In this document: positions 38,582 to 47,940 of the stretch, in pieces
How positions within the stretch are numbered: the stretch's first letter is position 1
Layout: each line of letters opens with the position of its first letter
Assembly (NCBI GenBank): GCA_034440135.1
Contig: JAWXBP010000249.1
Span: 14,232 to 78,231, forward strand
Direction of reading: 5' to 3'
DNA: 64,000 bases
From: Planctomycetia bacterium
GTDB taxonomy: Bacteria > Planctomycetota > Planctomycetia > Pirellulales > JALHLM01
Made by a program: the position numbers and the translations under genes
Notes under the pieces: generated by a model
The model's database searches: none
What the model was told of the DNA's origin: nothing
Seen by the model: only the letters and a program-made list of their open reading frames with translations

Positions 38582-40675
38582 ATGTCCCGCATCGGCGCAA
38601 CGCTGAACGGCATCGAGCGGAAGCTGTTGAATCGGCTGGCCGATTCGCAAGCCGCGGCGAACTTGAACGCGCTCCGATTGGCCACGGGACGTAAGTTCAA
38701 CGCCGCGAAGGACAATCCCTCGGCGTTTATCGCCCTGTCGCACTTTGAGACGGAACGCGAAGTCGTCACGCGGACGCTCTCGAACGTTGCGGCCGCCTCG
38801 AGCATGGTCAGCAAAACGCAATTGGCGCTAGACCAAGTGCGGACCCAGCTCAATACGATCCGCACGAAGGCGCTCGAAGACCAGGAACAGGCCCTGTCGC
38901 CGGCGCAACGCACGGCCAACCAGACTGCCATTGACGCGGCGATCTCCGAAATCAATCGACTCGCGGGCAGCACGATCGACGGGCGACGCGTGCTCGACGG
39001 TTCGGCGAACTTCGATTTTCTCGGCCGCAACGGCGCGCAAGTCAGCGACCTCTCGGTCTATCAGACCGACGGCGGACGCCAGTCGCTGGTCGAGAAGCAA
39101 GCCGAAGTAATTTACACGGGCGCGGATGGTTTCGCCACGGCCGCCGCGAATCTCACGCTCACCGGAAACGGCGGTAGCGTCACGTTCGCCGTGACGACAA
39201 ACAGCAGCCTGGCGCAGATTGCCGCCAATGTGAACGCTCACACGAGCACGACCGGGTTGGTGGCCGAGGCCTCCGGAGATCAACTCGCGATTCGCAGCAC
39301 CGCCTACGGCGACCACGCGTTCGTCGACGTGAATGTCAACTCCGGCGCCTTCGTAGTCACCGGCGCGGATGGGTCTGGCCGAGCGGATGGCCGCGACGCG
39401 GAACATGGCTTGTTGCCAAGCATTGCCGGCACGGTCGACCGCGCCGCCGAACGCGCGAGGCTCGTCTACGATGCGGGCGGCGGGACGATCGCCGCCAACG
39501 CGACGTTCACGCTCACGGGCGATCGCGGCAGCGTTTCCATCGCCGTAACCACGGCGGACACGCTGGCCGACGCCGCGACGCGCATCAATCTAGAAAGCCA
39601 TGTCTCCGGCGTCACGGCTGCGGTGGATGGCAACCGTATACTGTTGGAAAGTGTGAACTACGGGCTTAAGGCCGAGGTTGAGGTGGATGTCACCGCCGGA
39701 ACCTTCGCGACGACCGGCGGCAACGGCGATGGCACGTCCAATGGCCTGAACGCGATCGCCACGATCAACGGCGTGCGCTACAGCGGCAATCAGGTGGCCG
39801 CGCCGGCGAAGCTAGTCCACACCGAAAGCTCAGGCACGATCGCCTACAACGCCACGTTCACGATCGCGGGTCCCGACGGAACTTCCACGCCGATTGTCGT
39901 GGCGACCGGCAATACGCTGTCCGCCGTGGCGGGGTTGATCAACGCCCAAAGCGGCACGACGGGCATTGGCGCGAGCGTTGACGGCACCGAACTGATTCTC
40001 TCCAGCGAGACGACCGGCTACGAGGCGGAGATTGCGCTCAACGTGACGGCGGGCAAATTCGCCATCGATGGCGGCAACGGCGACGGCACGGCCCGAGGCG
40101 AGGAAGCCGTGACCAACAGCGGCCGCGTCGACGGCAATCGCTTCTTTATCACGGACAATCGTTTTCGCTACGAGATCGAGTTCGCCGGCGGATTCACCGG
40201 GGAGCTCGACACGATCTCCGTGGAATCCGGCGCGTTGCAATTCGCGCTCGCCCCCGATGTGCAGCGGCGCTCCACACTCGCGGTCTCCAGCGTACACGCC
40301 GCGCGGCTTGGCGGGTTAAGCGGCTCGCTGGCCGATCTCGCCACCGGCCAAACGTTTGGCGGATTGGACGCCAACGCCTCGCGGGCCATCCGCATCGCGG
40401 ACGAGGCCTTAGGCGATCTGGACCGCATCGAAGGCCTCGTCGACGGCTTTGCCAACGCGACGATTAGTTCCTCTGCGGCGCTCATGTCGGCCTTCAGCGA
40501 TCAACTGGACGAAAACATCGACTCCATCAACAAGGTCGACGAGACCGAAGAAAGCTTGTTGATGTCCAAGAACGAAGAGCTGATCAACAACGCCGTCGCC
40601 AGCCTGGCGATCCTCAGCCAGCAGCGCTCTAGCATTCTGGATTTGATCCAACAGGCAGCCGGCCTTCGCAGCTAA
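38582..40675 (+). CDS. flagellin-like protein with three tandem internal (flagellin IN-type) modules
   Basis: Flagellin-like N-terminus LRLATGRKFNAAKDNPSAF. C-terminus LLMSKNEELINNAVASLAILSQQRSSILDLIQ. The central region (nt 39107-40099) holds 3 copies of a module about 95 aa long. Confidence 0.8.
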   Translation: MSRIGATLNGIERKLLNRLADSQAAANLNALRLATGRKFNAAKDNPSAFIALSHFETEREVVTRTLSNVAAASSMVSKTQLALDQVRTQLNTIRTKALEDQEQALSPAQRTANQTAIDAAISEINRLAGSTIDGRRVLDGSANFDFLGRNGAQVSDLSVYQTDGGRQSLVEKQAEVIYTGADGFATAAANLTLTGNGGSVTFAVTTNSSLAQIAANVNAHTSTTGLVAEASGDQLAIRSTAYGDHAFVDVNVNSGAFVVTGADGSGRADGRDAEHGLLPSIAGTVDRAAERARLVYDAGGGTIAANATFTLTGDRGSVSIAVTTADTLADAATRINLESHVSGVTAAVDGNRILLESVNYGLKAEVEVDVTAGTFATTGGNGDGTSNGLNAIATINGVRYSGNQVAAPAKLVHTESSGTIAYNATFTIAGPDGTSTPIVVATGNTLSAVAGLINAQSGTTGIGASVDGTELILSSETTGYEAEIALNVTAGKFAIDGGNGDGTARGEEAVTNSGRVDGNRFFITDNRFRYEIEFAGGFTGELDTISVESGALQFALAPDVQRRSTLAVSSVHAARLGGLSGSLADLATGQTFGGLDANASRAIRIADEALGDLDRIEGLVDGFANATISSSAALMSAFSDQLDENIDSINKVDETEESLLMSKNEELINNAVASLAILSQQRSSILDLIQQAAGLRS

Positions 40676-40688
40676 TGGCGGCGTCAAT

Positions 40689-40716
40689 TCTCCCTCGCTG
40701 GCGCTACGGGCTGGTG
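40689..40716. repeat. solo half-copy of the GCGAGGG palindrome family
   Basis: tctccctcgctggcgctacgggctggtg differs at 1 position from the right arm at 29569-29597. No partner arm occurs within 150 nt. Confidence 0.6.
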
Positions 40717-40722
40717 TGATCG

Positions 40723-43692
40723 TCAGTCGTCCACTGCCAAGGGTTGCGTACCACGGAGGTACGCGAACAGGTCGCGCGATTGGGCGTCGCTGAGTTGCTT
40801 GAGTAAACCTTCCGGCATTAGCGACTGGCCCGCGGCGCGGAGTTCCTCGATTTCTGCCCGGGGAACCGAGACGTTCTGTCCCTCGGCGGTCCGCAGTACC
40901 ACGACTTGATTGTCTTGATCGGCAAGAAATCCGGTGAGCGTGCGGCCGTCCGTGGTTTGTAGCAGGAAGTTCTCGAAACCCTCTCGGATCTCAGCGCTGG
41001 GATTGACGACGCTGGCGAGCAGGCGATCGACGTTGTCGCGCTGATACGCGGTCAGATTGGGACCGATTTCGCCGCCGTGATCGTAAAGCTTGTGGCACTT
41101 CGCGCAATGCTCGTTGAACAATTTGCGGCCTGCGTACGGACTGCCGTTGCCGTCGTGAACAACTGCCGTCAGCCGCACAATCTCTGCCTGCAGTTCTGCG
41201 GCCGCCGCCGCGGCGGTATCGCCCCAGATTTCACGTACCAAAGCTGAATTCAAATCATCTCGTTGCAGCAAGATGTGATTCTGCACCGACGTCGGCATCG
41301 CACCCGCTTCAATCTCGCCCGCCTTAATTCGCTCCAACAACAGCCGCGACCAGGCGGCGCGACTCGTTAACACGCTCAGCGCCATCGACTGCGTGTCCGC
41401 CGGCAATCGCGGTAGCACCTCGAGCAGCGCGCGAGGAATTGCCTCGGTATCATAGCGCTGCAACGCGCCGATGGCGGCCTTGCGCAACTCGGCATCGTCC
41501 GCCTTGGCCAGGGCCAGCAGCGGCGCAACGGCATCCGCCGTCGGCACTTCGCCGAACATGCGAGCCAACTCACGTCGCTCCGCCAGGTCAGCGCTCGAAT
41601 TGCTCAGTCGCGCCAACGCCTCGGCAACTGCGGCGGGTTCCTGTTGTCGTAGCCTGAGCGCTAATGATGCCTGGCCAGTGGCTGCCAGTGCGGCGACTAG
41701 CTCATCGGGCAATGACGACAGAGAGCGTCCCGTATAAGCCTCCTCAAATCCGACCAACAGCCGCTTGGCGTCGTCGGCCGTAGGCGCCAGCTTCAGCAAT
41801 TCGGCGCAGGTCAACAAATCCTTCCGCGTACCGGCTTGCGCGAAGCGGCGCATCATGCGCGACGCGAGATGCGATTTCACAAGCGCGGCCTCCCAGAAGG
41901 TCGATTCGCCGCACATCGCCAGCACGGCGTCGCGATCCAGTTGGCAATGCGCTTCGATCGCCCACCAGATCAACAGCGGCACGCAGGGATCGTTTACATC
42001 CTCGTCATGGGCGATCAGTTGCCGCACGATCGGCATCGCCTTCGCCGCCGGCAAACGCCGCGCGGAACTGGCGAGCTGCCCACGGACTTCGACCTGCGCT
42101 TCGCGCTGAGCTTGTTCGGCGAGTCGTTCCGCCTGCGCCGCTGAAATCTCTCGATCGTCACAGGCTAGCCGCACCGCCCAGAGTCGGACATAAGGGTTCT
42201 TATGATCGAGACACTGTCTCACCGTCGCATCATCGAGCATTCCCAATAAATGGATCGCCCATAGCCCTTCGAGCGCCGTTTGACCTGGCTCCGCGGCCAG
42301 CAACGCGCGCAGTTGCGGCGCGATCGTAGTATCTTCGCGATTCGCCAGCAGTTGCAACGCCGTGCGACGCGTCCATTTATTGTCGGACGACAATTTGCCA
42401 ACGAGCTCCTTCGATGTGAGCGAACCCAGATCGCGCGGCGCTCGTGGCTTTGCATCTTTGGCGGATAAGCGGAAGACGCGGCCCGTCTCCTTTTGCACCT
42501 CGCCTTCGGCGCCCTTCAGATGATTCACATTGGCGTCGCGCCAATCGGCGACATAGATCGCGCCGTCGGGCCCGACCTTGATATCAACCGGTCGGAAGTC
42601 GGATTGTTCGCCCGCGATGACACGCTGCACGTCCGAGGTTTGAAACGTGGAGCCATCCGGAAAGATGCGGCTTTCCACGACGGTGCCTTGCAGCGGTTCC
42701 ACGCCGAAGAGATGGCCGCGATACGCCTCCGGCAATCCCATCGCCTCATAGATGATGAAGCTATGCGTGAACCGCGGTACGGCGTGATGACGCATCGCCG
42801 GGAAGTAGCCAAAGGCAAACGGATTCGACAGCGGCCCGTGCTTGTTGAAGCCTTTTTGAGAATAGCCGCCTTGCAGGTAATGGAACCCGCGCGTGTCGCC
42901 GCCGTTGTGGCCGGAGAAAATCCGGCCGACTGAGTCAATCTCCAAACCAAACGCGTTGCCGCCCCCTTCCGCGAAGATTTCGAAGCGCCGTGTGTCGGGA
43001 TGATAACGCCAGATCAATTGGCCGAGCGAGTGAACCGGCTTGTCATCCAGGCCGGGGCGGATGATGTCGCCACTCACCGTGCTCCCTTGGCAGGCATACA
43101 ACCAACCGTCGGGGCCCCATTGCAGGCTGTTCGCGCAGGAATGCGTGTCCTCCAGACCGAAGCCTTGCAAATGCACCTCGGGATCGCCGTCCGGCACGTC
43201 GTCGTGATTGGCGTCGGGATAGAACAGCAGATACGGCGGGTTCAACACCCACACGCCGTCGCGTCCAAAAGCGAGCGACGTAGCGATGTTTAGGCCGTCG
43301 AGAAACGTCTTGTGCGCGTCATACGAACCGTCGCCATCGGTATCTTCATGGATCGTGATGCGATCTTTCCCTTTGTCGCCATACGGCGGCGGCGCGGGAA
43401 TCTTGTCGTACACGACGCGCCAAAAGTTATCACGGCTGACGACCCGCAGTCCGGCCGGAAACGGATACTGCCGATATTCCACGACCCACATTCGCCCACG
43501 CGCGTCGAAACTGATCTGCAAAGGCTGCGCGATCTTGGGATCCGAAAGCACGACTTCCAGCCGCAAATCATCCGGAGCACGCAGACCGGGTGTCGCGGTG
43601 ACTTCCTCGGCGCGGGCGTTGTTTCCCGAGCTTGCCAAGGCAACAAGGGCCGGGAAGACGATGGCGATTGCGCGACGGCAAAGTACAGGCAT
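40723..43692 (-). CDS. PVC-type heme-binding CxxCH protein (membrane-bound dehydrogenase domain + HEAT-like repeats + cytochrome c)
   Basis: Signal MPVLCRRAIAIVFPALVALASSGNNARA. QISFDARGRMWVVEY, WGPDGWLYACQG. C-terminal CAKCH. Paralog of 2..3019. Confidence 0.85.
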   Translation of the reverse strand: MPVLCRRAIAIVFPALVALASSGNNARAEEVTATPGLRAPDDLRLEVVLSDPKIAQPLQISFDARGRMWVVEYRQYPFPAGLRVVSRDNFWRVVYDKIPAPPPYGDKGKDRITIHEDTDGDGSYDAHKTFLDGLNIATSLAFGRDGVWVLNPPYLLFYPDANHDDVPDGDPEVHLQGFGLEDTHSCANSLQWGPDGWLYACQGSTVSGDIIRPGLDDKPVHSLGQLIWRYHPDTRRFEIFAEGGGNAFGLEIDSVGRIFSGHNGGDTRGFHYLQGGYSQKGFNKHGPLSNPFAFGYFPAMRHHAVPRFTHSFIIYEAMGLPEAYRGHLFGVEPLQGTVVESRIFPDGSTFQTSDVQRVIAGEQSDFRPVDIKVGPDGAIYVADWRDANVNHLKGAEGEVQKETGRVFRLSAKDAKPRAPRDLGSLTSKELVGKLSSDNKWTRRTALQLLANREDTTIAPQLRALLAAEPGQTALEGLWAIHLLGMLDDATVRQCLDHKNPYVRLWAVRLACDDREISAAQAERLAEQAQREAQVEVRGQLASSARRLPAAKAMPIVRQLIAHDEDVNDPCVPLLIWWAIEAHCQLDRDAVLAMCGESTFWEAALVKSHLASRMMRRFAQAGTRKDLLTCAELLKLAPTADDAKRLLVGFEEAYTGRSLSSLPDELVAALAATGQASLALRLRQQEPAAVAEALARLSNSSADLAERRELARMFGEVPTADAVAPLLALAKADDAELRKAAIGALQRYDTEAIPRALLEVLPRLPADTQSMALSVLTSRAAWSRLLLERIKAGEIEAGAMPTSVQNHILLQRDDLNSALVREIWGDTAAAAAAELQAEIVRLTAVVHDGNGSPYAGRKLFNEHCAKCHKLYDHGGEIGPNLTAYQRDNVDRLLASVVNPSAEIREGFENFLLQTTDGRTLTGFLADQDNQVVVLRTAEGQNVSVPRAEIEELRAAGQSLMPEGLLKQLSDAQSRDLFAYLRGTQPLAVDD

Positions 43693-43846
43693 GGCGTAGA
43701 ACTCCGTCAGTCGCCGGCCGACGACCGAAAGCGCGAGTAAGGTGGGAGCACGTGCGGCGACGCCCAGTTTAACCGAGATTTTCCGGCGTCATAGCGCCGC
43801 AGGTTGGCGGAAGGTGCTGTTCGCTGCGATCTTCGATGAGTGAGTG

Positions 43847-44170
43847 TCAAATATCGCCAGGACTGAGTGCATCTTGTGCCAGATGCCGAATGAGTAGTGC
43901 CACAACCTGATTGTCGCGTATTACATAGACAGCCCGATGCGACTTGCGATGCCCCAGGCCATATCGGAGCTCATGCAGAGTCTCGGAAGGAAGTATCTGT
44001 TCGGCGGTAGTTGGTTTGCGATCAGGGCTTGATCGCAATTCCAATATCGCGCGATAAATCCCACGATACCAGCGTATTGCCTGAGCCCGAGATCGGTGCT
44101 CCGCCCACCAATCATACACCTCACGGAGTTGAAGCTCCGCGCGTTCCGTAACGACAACTTGGTATTTCAT
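43847..44170 (-). CDS. parE: type II toxin-antitoxin system RelE/ParE family toxin
   Basis: 107 aa; MKYQVVVTERAELQLREVYDWW...HRAVYVIRDNQVVALLIRH is a ParE-like pattern. The ATG overlaps the upstream antitoxin stop (ATGA). Confidence 0.75.
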   Translation of the reverse strand: MKYQVVVTERAELQLREVYDWWAEHRSRAQAIRWYRGIYRAILELRSSPDRKPTTAEQILPSETLHELRYGLGHRKSHRAVYVIRDNQVVALLIRHLAQDALSPGDI

Positions 44171-44403
44171 GATTCAAGCGGAATCCCGTGTTGCTTACGA
44201 AACTCGGCATCGAACTCTTCAAACGGCCGAACGCGCCCGGCTTCCATATCCTCAATGCCCTCGCGAATTGCAGTGATCTCCGCGTTGGCTCGTTCCAATG
44301 CGGAGAGCGCATCTCGCAGCACATCGGCTTCCGACGCGTACCCGCCGGTGGCGACAAACATCTCCACTTTCGTCCAAACGTCCGCAGGGATTTCGTGCGA
44401 CAT
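44167..44403 (-). CDS. parD: type II antitoxin, ParD-like
   Basis: 78 aa; FVATGGYASEADVLRDALSALE...IREGIEDMEAGRVRPFEEFDAEFR is typical of ParD4-type antitoxins. 4-nt overlap with the toxin gene. Confidence 0.7.
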   Translation of the reverse strand: MSHEIPADVWTKVEMFVATGGYASEADVLRDALSALERANAEITAIREGIEDMEAGRVRPFEEFDAEFRKQHGIPLES

Positions 44404-44472
44404 CCTACTAACTCCTCTTCATCGAGACGCGAGCCAAGATGCTGGTCGCCAAAAGCAGTATAGCGGATCGTC

Positions 44473-45573
44473 TTAGTTCCAGCGCCGGGCATCGCAGCGT
44501 TTCCACGCGAATGCCGCCATGGAAAGGAGCGCGGCAAGCACCATGCCGGACGGTTCTGGCACGGGCGAGCCTGGGCCGGCGCCAAAATGATTACGCACCA
44601 GATTCAAATCCATCAGGTTGACTAACGCATCGCCATTCGCGTCTCCCGATACGCCGACGCCCGCCGTGCCAAAACTGTTGCGCACGGCATTGAGGTCGGC
44701 GATGTCCACGCGGCTGTCGCCGTTCGTATCGCCCGGTTGCGCCGGCGACTCCGTTTCCGCAAACGCCAGGCCGGAGGGGCCGCCAATGCCGAGGCGCCCC
44801 AGCGCTTCGACCAACGCGCCGGTATTGGGATCGAGTTCTACCAGACGATCATTAAAACCTGCGTCGATCGCGAAAAGTGCGCCGTCCTCCGGGCGGAAGG
44901 CAAGTCCCGTGACGAATGACGAGAGGCCGGCCGGATCGCCAATGCGAGTCAACACGCCGGATGTTGTGTTGAGCGTCGCCAGCGCGCCATCCGCGTCCGT
45001 CGCGTAGAGCGTCTGTCCGTCGGGGCTGTAGGTGAGCGCGTTGATCGCCTTGCGCTCCGGCAGCACGAGCGCCGGTCCAAGGACGGCGCCGGTGTCGAGG
45101 CTCACCTTAAAGAGCAATCGATCCCCCGGCGCATCAAACTCAAACGCCGCGACGGTGGCGACGCCAGGTTCCAGCGGCGAGATAGCGATGGCCGTGCTGA
45201 CCGGCCCGGGCGAGCCGAGCAAGTCGACATCGAAAAACGGGAGCAGCGTCGCCGTTCCAAGTCGGGTGTCGATCCGCGCCAACCGTGATTGAGGGGAATC
45301 GCCAAACACGGGCGGTCGAGGGTTGTGCAGCGCGAAAGCGACATTCGGATCCCCGCCCGGAATTGTGGCCAAGCCCACCCAGGATTCCGGGCCGAGGGGT
45401 GCGTCGGGATCGACTGGGGTCGCATTGCCGCTGCCGGCGTCGACGACCACGAAAGCGCCGGGACCGGAGGCGTTAATGGCGAACAAGGCCGATCCCTGAA
45501 CCGCGTCGGGCGTCGCCAGGCAGGTCGCTGCGAAAAATGAGATCGCAATTGCCCAGCGAAATGGATGTAGCAT
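44473..45573 (-). CDS. secreted protein with dockerin-like EF-hand repeats and PEP-CTERM anchor
   Basis: The ATG at 45573 gives signal MLHPFRWAIAISFFAATCLA. GDTNGDSRVDIADLNAVRNSFG...GDANGDALVNLMDLNLVRNHFG. C-terminal VPEPSGMVLAALLSMAAFAWKR. Confidence 0.75.
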   Translation of the reverse strand: MLHPFRWAIAISFFAATCLATPDAVQGSALFAINASGPGAFVVVDAGSGNATPVDPDAPLGPESWVGLATIPGGDPNVAFALHNPRPPVFGDSPQSRLARIDTRLGTATLLPFFDVDLLGSPGPVSTAIAISPLEPGVATVAAFEFDAPGDRLLFKVSLDTGAVLGPALVLPERKAINALTYSPDGQTLYATDADGALATLNTTSGVLTRIGDPAGLSSFVTGLAFRPEDGALFAIDAGFNDRLVELDPNTGALVEALGRLGIGGPSGLAFAETESPAQPGDTNGDSRVDIADLNAVRNSFGTAGVGVSGDANGDALVNLMDLNLVRNHFGAGPGSPVPEPSGMVLAALLSMAAFAWKRCDARRWN

Positions 45574-45809
45574 ATCGGCCTTGTTCTTCGCCGTGGAAAC
45601 CAGCTGGGATTGCGAAGAATCCCCCGGCTCCAGCCTAATCCGACATGGCCAATTCGGCAACGATGCGTCGCCACTATCCGGGGCGGAATGGTCAAATTCC
45701 GTTTGGCGGCCATCGCGTTCGCCCACTCGGGTGGTCGTTGTGGAGCCCTCGGCGAAACGTAGAATTGTGGGGATTCGCCCACGAGGTTTTCCTGTTCTCC
45801 GAGAGAGTC

Positions 45810-47117
45810 ATGAGCTCGCTTAGTCATCCCGCCCACGTCGATTCCCCCATCAAGAAGGTCGCCATCCTGTTCGCCGGCGGCCCGGCCCCGGCAGCCAATG
45901 CGGTCATTTCCACGGCCGCCGTCTCGTTCCTGCGCGGCGGCATCGATGTTGTCGGCGCCCTCTACGGGTACTCGAACCTGGTGCAATATTCGCCCGAGAA
46001 GCCGCTGGTCGCCGGTAAGGATTACGTGCAGATCGACCACCGGATGCTGAAACGCAGCCGGAACAGCCAGGGCATTATGATCGGCACGGCGCGGGCCAAT
46101 CCCGGCAAGCACGTTTCGTCGCCGGAACATCTCAAGGATCCCGAGAAGATCAAGCCGCTCAAAACGGTCTACGACGCGCTCTGCTCGATCGGCGTCGACG
46201 CGTTGATCTCCATCGGCGGCGACGACACGCTCAAGACTGCCAACAAGTTCAAGCTGTTCCAGCAATACCTGCCGGCGGGCAGCAAGCGGATTCCGGTCGT
46301 CCACCTGCCGAAGACGATCGACAACGACTACATGGGCATCGACTTCACGTTCGGTTACTTCACTGCCGTCGATACGCTGGCGGCGGAGATTCGCAACCTG
46401 CTCGCCGACGCCGAGGCGAACCGCACGTATTTCCTCACCGAAACAATGGGACGCAGCGCCGGTTGGCTGGCCTACGGCGCGGCGATCGCCGGCGAAGCGA
46501 GCCTGGTGATTAGCGTCGAAGACATGCACGGCAAATATGTCGAAACCGAGCGCTCCGTCGACCCCAAGACGAATCAGGCCGTGGAGCGTCCGGTAATGAA
46601 GGTCCAAGCGGTTGTCGATCGAATCGTCAGCACGATCCGCGCCCGCGAGGAGCAAGAAGGCAAGGAATTCGGCGTCATCGTGATGGCCGAGGGCGTGGCG
46701 GAATTCCTGCCGGACGAATACCTCAAGGGCATCCCGCGCGACGAGCACGGGCACATCTCGATTTCCAAGGTGAACCTGGGCACGCGGTTCGCCAAGATGG
46801 TCTCCGATGAGTACCAAAAGCAAACCGGCAAGCCGCGCAAGATCACCGGTTTGCAACTCGGCTATGAAGCCCGTTGCGCCCGTCCGCACGCCTTTGACGT
46901 GATGCTCGGCAGCCAATTGGGCGTCGGCGCTTATCGCGCCCTGGTCGAGGAAAAGCTCGACGGCGTGATGGTCTCCGTCTCAGGGCAGCTCGACTTGAAC
47001 TACGTCAATTTCGACGCGCTTGTGAACCCGGAAACGTTGGTGACGGTCGTCCGCTACGTGACCCGCGACAGCGACTTCCACAAGCTGGCGCGGTTCTTAG
47101 AGACGCATGTGAAATAA
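45810..47117 (+). CDS. phosphofructokinase family protein, predicted PPi-dependent (second paralog)
   Basis: ATG at 45810. VAILFAGGPAPAANAVI; SIGGDDTLKTA (Asp at the G104 position); HLPKTIDNDY (Lys at the G124 position); TMGRSAGWLA. Confidence 0.85.
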   Translation: MSSLSHPAHVDSPIKKVAILFAGGPAPAANAVISTAAVSFLRGGIDVVGALYGYSNLVQYSPEKPLVAGKDYVQIDHRMLKRSRNSQGIMIGTARANPGKHVSSPEHLKDPEKIKPLKTVYDALCSIGVDALISIGGDDTLKTANKFKLFQQYLPAGSKRIPVVHLPKTIDNDYMGIDFTFGYFTAVDTLAAEIRNLLADAEANRTYFLTETMGRSAGWLAYGAAIAGEASLVISVEDMHGKYVETERSVDPKTNQAVERPVMKVQAVVDRIVSTIRAREEQEGKEFGVIVMAEGVAEFLPDEYLKGIPRDEHGHISISKVNLGTRFAKMVSDEYQKQTGKPRKITGLQLGYEARCARPHAFDVMLGSQLGVGAYRALVEEKLDGVMVSVSGQLDLNYVNFDALVNPETLVTVVRYVTRDSDFHKLARFLETHVK

Positions 47118-47136
47118 AAGGGCTGCTTTGAGGCGA

Positions 47137-47661
47137 CTAGGGCGCCGCTTCATCCTCCGCCGCGTCAGACTGAATCACGACCGTCGGCTTCTTTCGATCA
47201 CAGCGCAGGCTGACCTTGCGCCCGTTCAGCTTGATCGCCAAGGTGTTGATTTGCGTTTCCTCGGTTTCGAGTAGCACGCGGTTGGTCAGTTCGTAGCCTT
47301 CGACGCCGTCTGGGGATTCGATTTCAAAGTACAGCCAAACCGCCTTGGGCGTAATCTCCTTCCCGGACCATTTCAGTTCCAGCGGATCGACTTTCGCTTC
47401 CCGGCGGATGACGAAGGTCTCTTTGAGATACGCCTGAATCGCTTCGTCGGTAGAGTCGGACTCATCCAGTCTGATCCGCGTTTCGCTCTGCGCGTTGAGC
47501 GCGGTCTCTAAGTCGTCGGCCGCGACCCGAAGAGCGACTTCGAGACGCTTCGTTTCCGAGTTCCACTCGGCTTCGGCGACGGACGTGTGAAACGGATGGG
47601 CGACGGCGCTGTTGGCGACGGTCGTCACGAGGACAAATGCGAGGAGGTTGGCCAAAACCAC
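47137..47661 (-). CDS. DUF6702-like exported protein
   Basis: HPFHTSVAEAEWNSETKRLEVALRVAADDLETAL matches my recollection of the DUF6702 N-terminal pattern. A GTG at 47661 would give signal MVLANLLAFVLVTTVANSAVA. The upstream part of the 271-aa track ORF looks non-coding. Confidence 0.55.
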   Translation of the reverse strand: MVLANLLAFVLVTTVANSAVAHPFHTSVAEAEWNSETKRLEVALRVAADDLETALNAQSETRIRLDESDSTDEAIQAYLKETFVIRREAKVDPLELKWSGKEITPKAVWLYFEIESPDGVEGYELTNRVLLETEETQINTLAIKLNGRKVSLRCDRKKPTVVIQSDAAEDEAAP

Positions 47662-47908
47662 TCGATAGCATGTTTGCCGTCGGGTGCGGAGAAATGATGA
47701 GTGCCTGGGGCAGCGGCGCTCAATGCGAGGTTTCGATGGTCGAACTTCTGGGGCTTCGTTCGACGCTTCAACAAACCGCCGCGATGCCCCAGTTTGTTCG
47801 AAACCGCAGCGATCATTTGTTCGCCTCAGCCCCAGGCACCCACGCTTATTCTTCAATGTCGAGCAAAACGCCGTCCTTAGCGCGATGTCGGCCGTACATT
47901 TCGCGTCG

Positions 47909-47940
47909 TTTCCCCCTCGCTGGCGCTTCGGGTTGGCGTT
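47909..47940. repeat. degenerate solo half-copy of the GCGAGGG palindrome family
   Basis: tttccccctcgctggcgcttcgggttggcgtt lies immediately 3' of, and overlaps, the peptidase stop codon at 47939-47941. Confidence 0.5.

Noticed and set aside
45102-46916. 604-aa ORF on the minus strand
   Set aside because: It is entirely antisense to the strongly conserved PFK gene (45810..47117) and the upstream PEP-CTERM gene region. Its composition is Arg/Gly/Ala-rich with no recognisable motifs. This is a typical high-GC shadow ORF.
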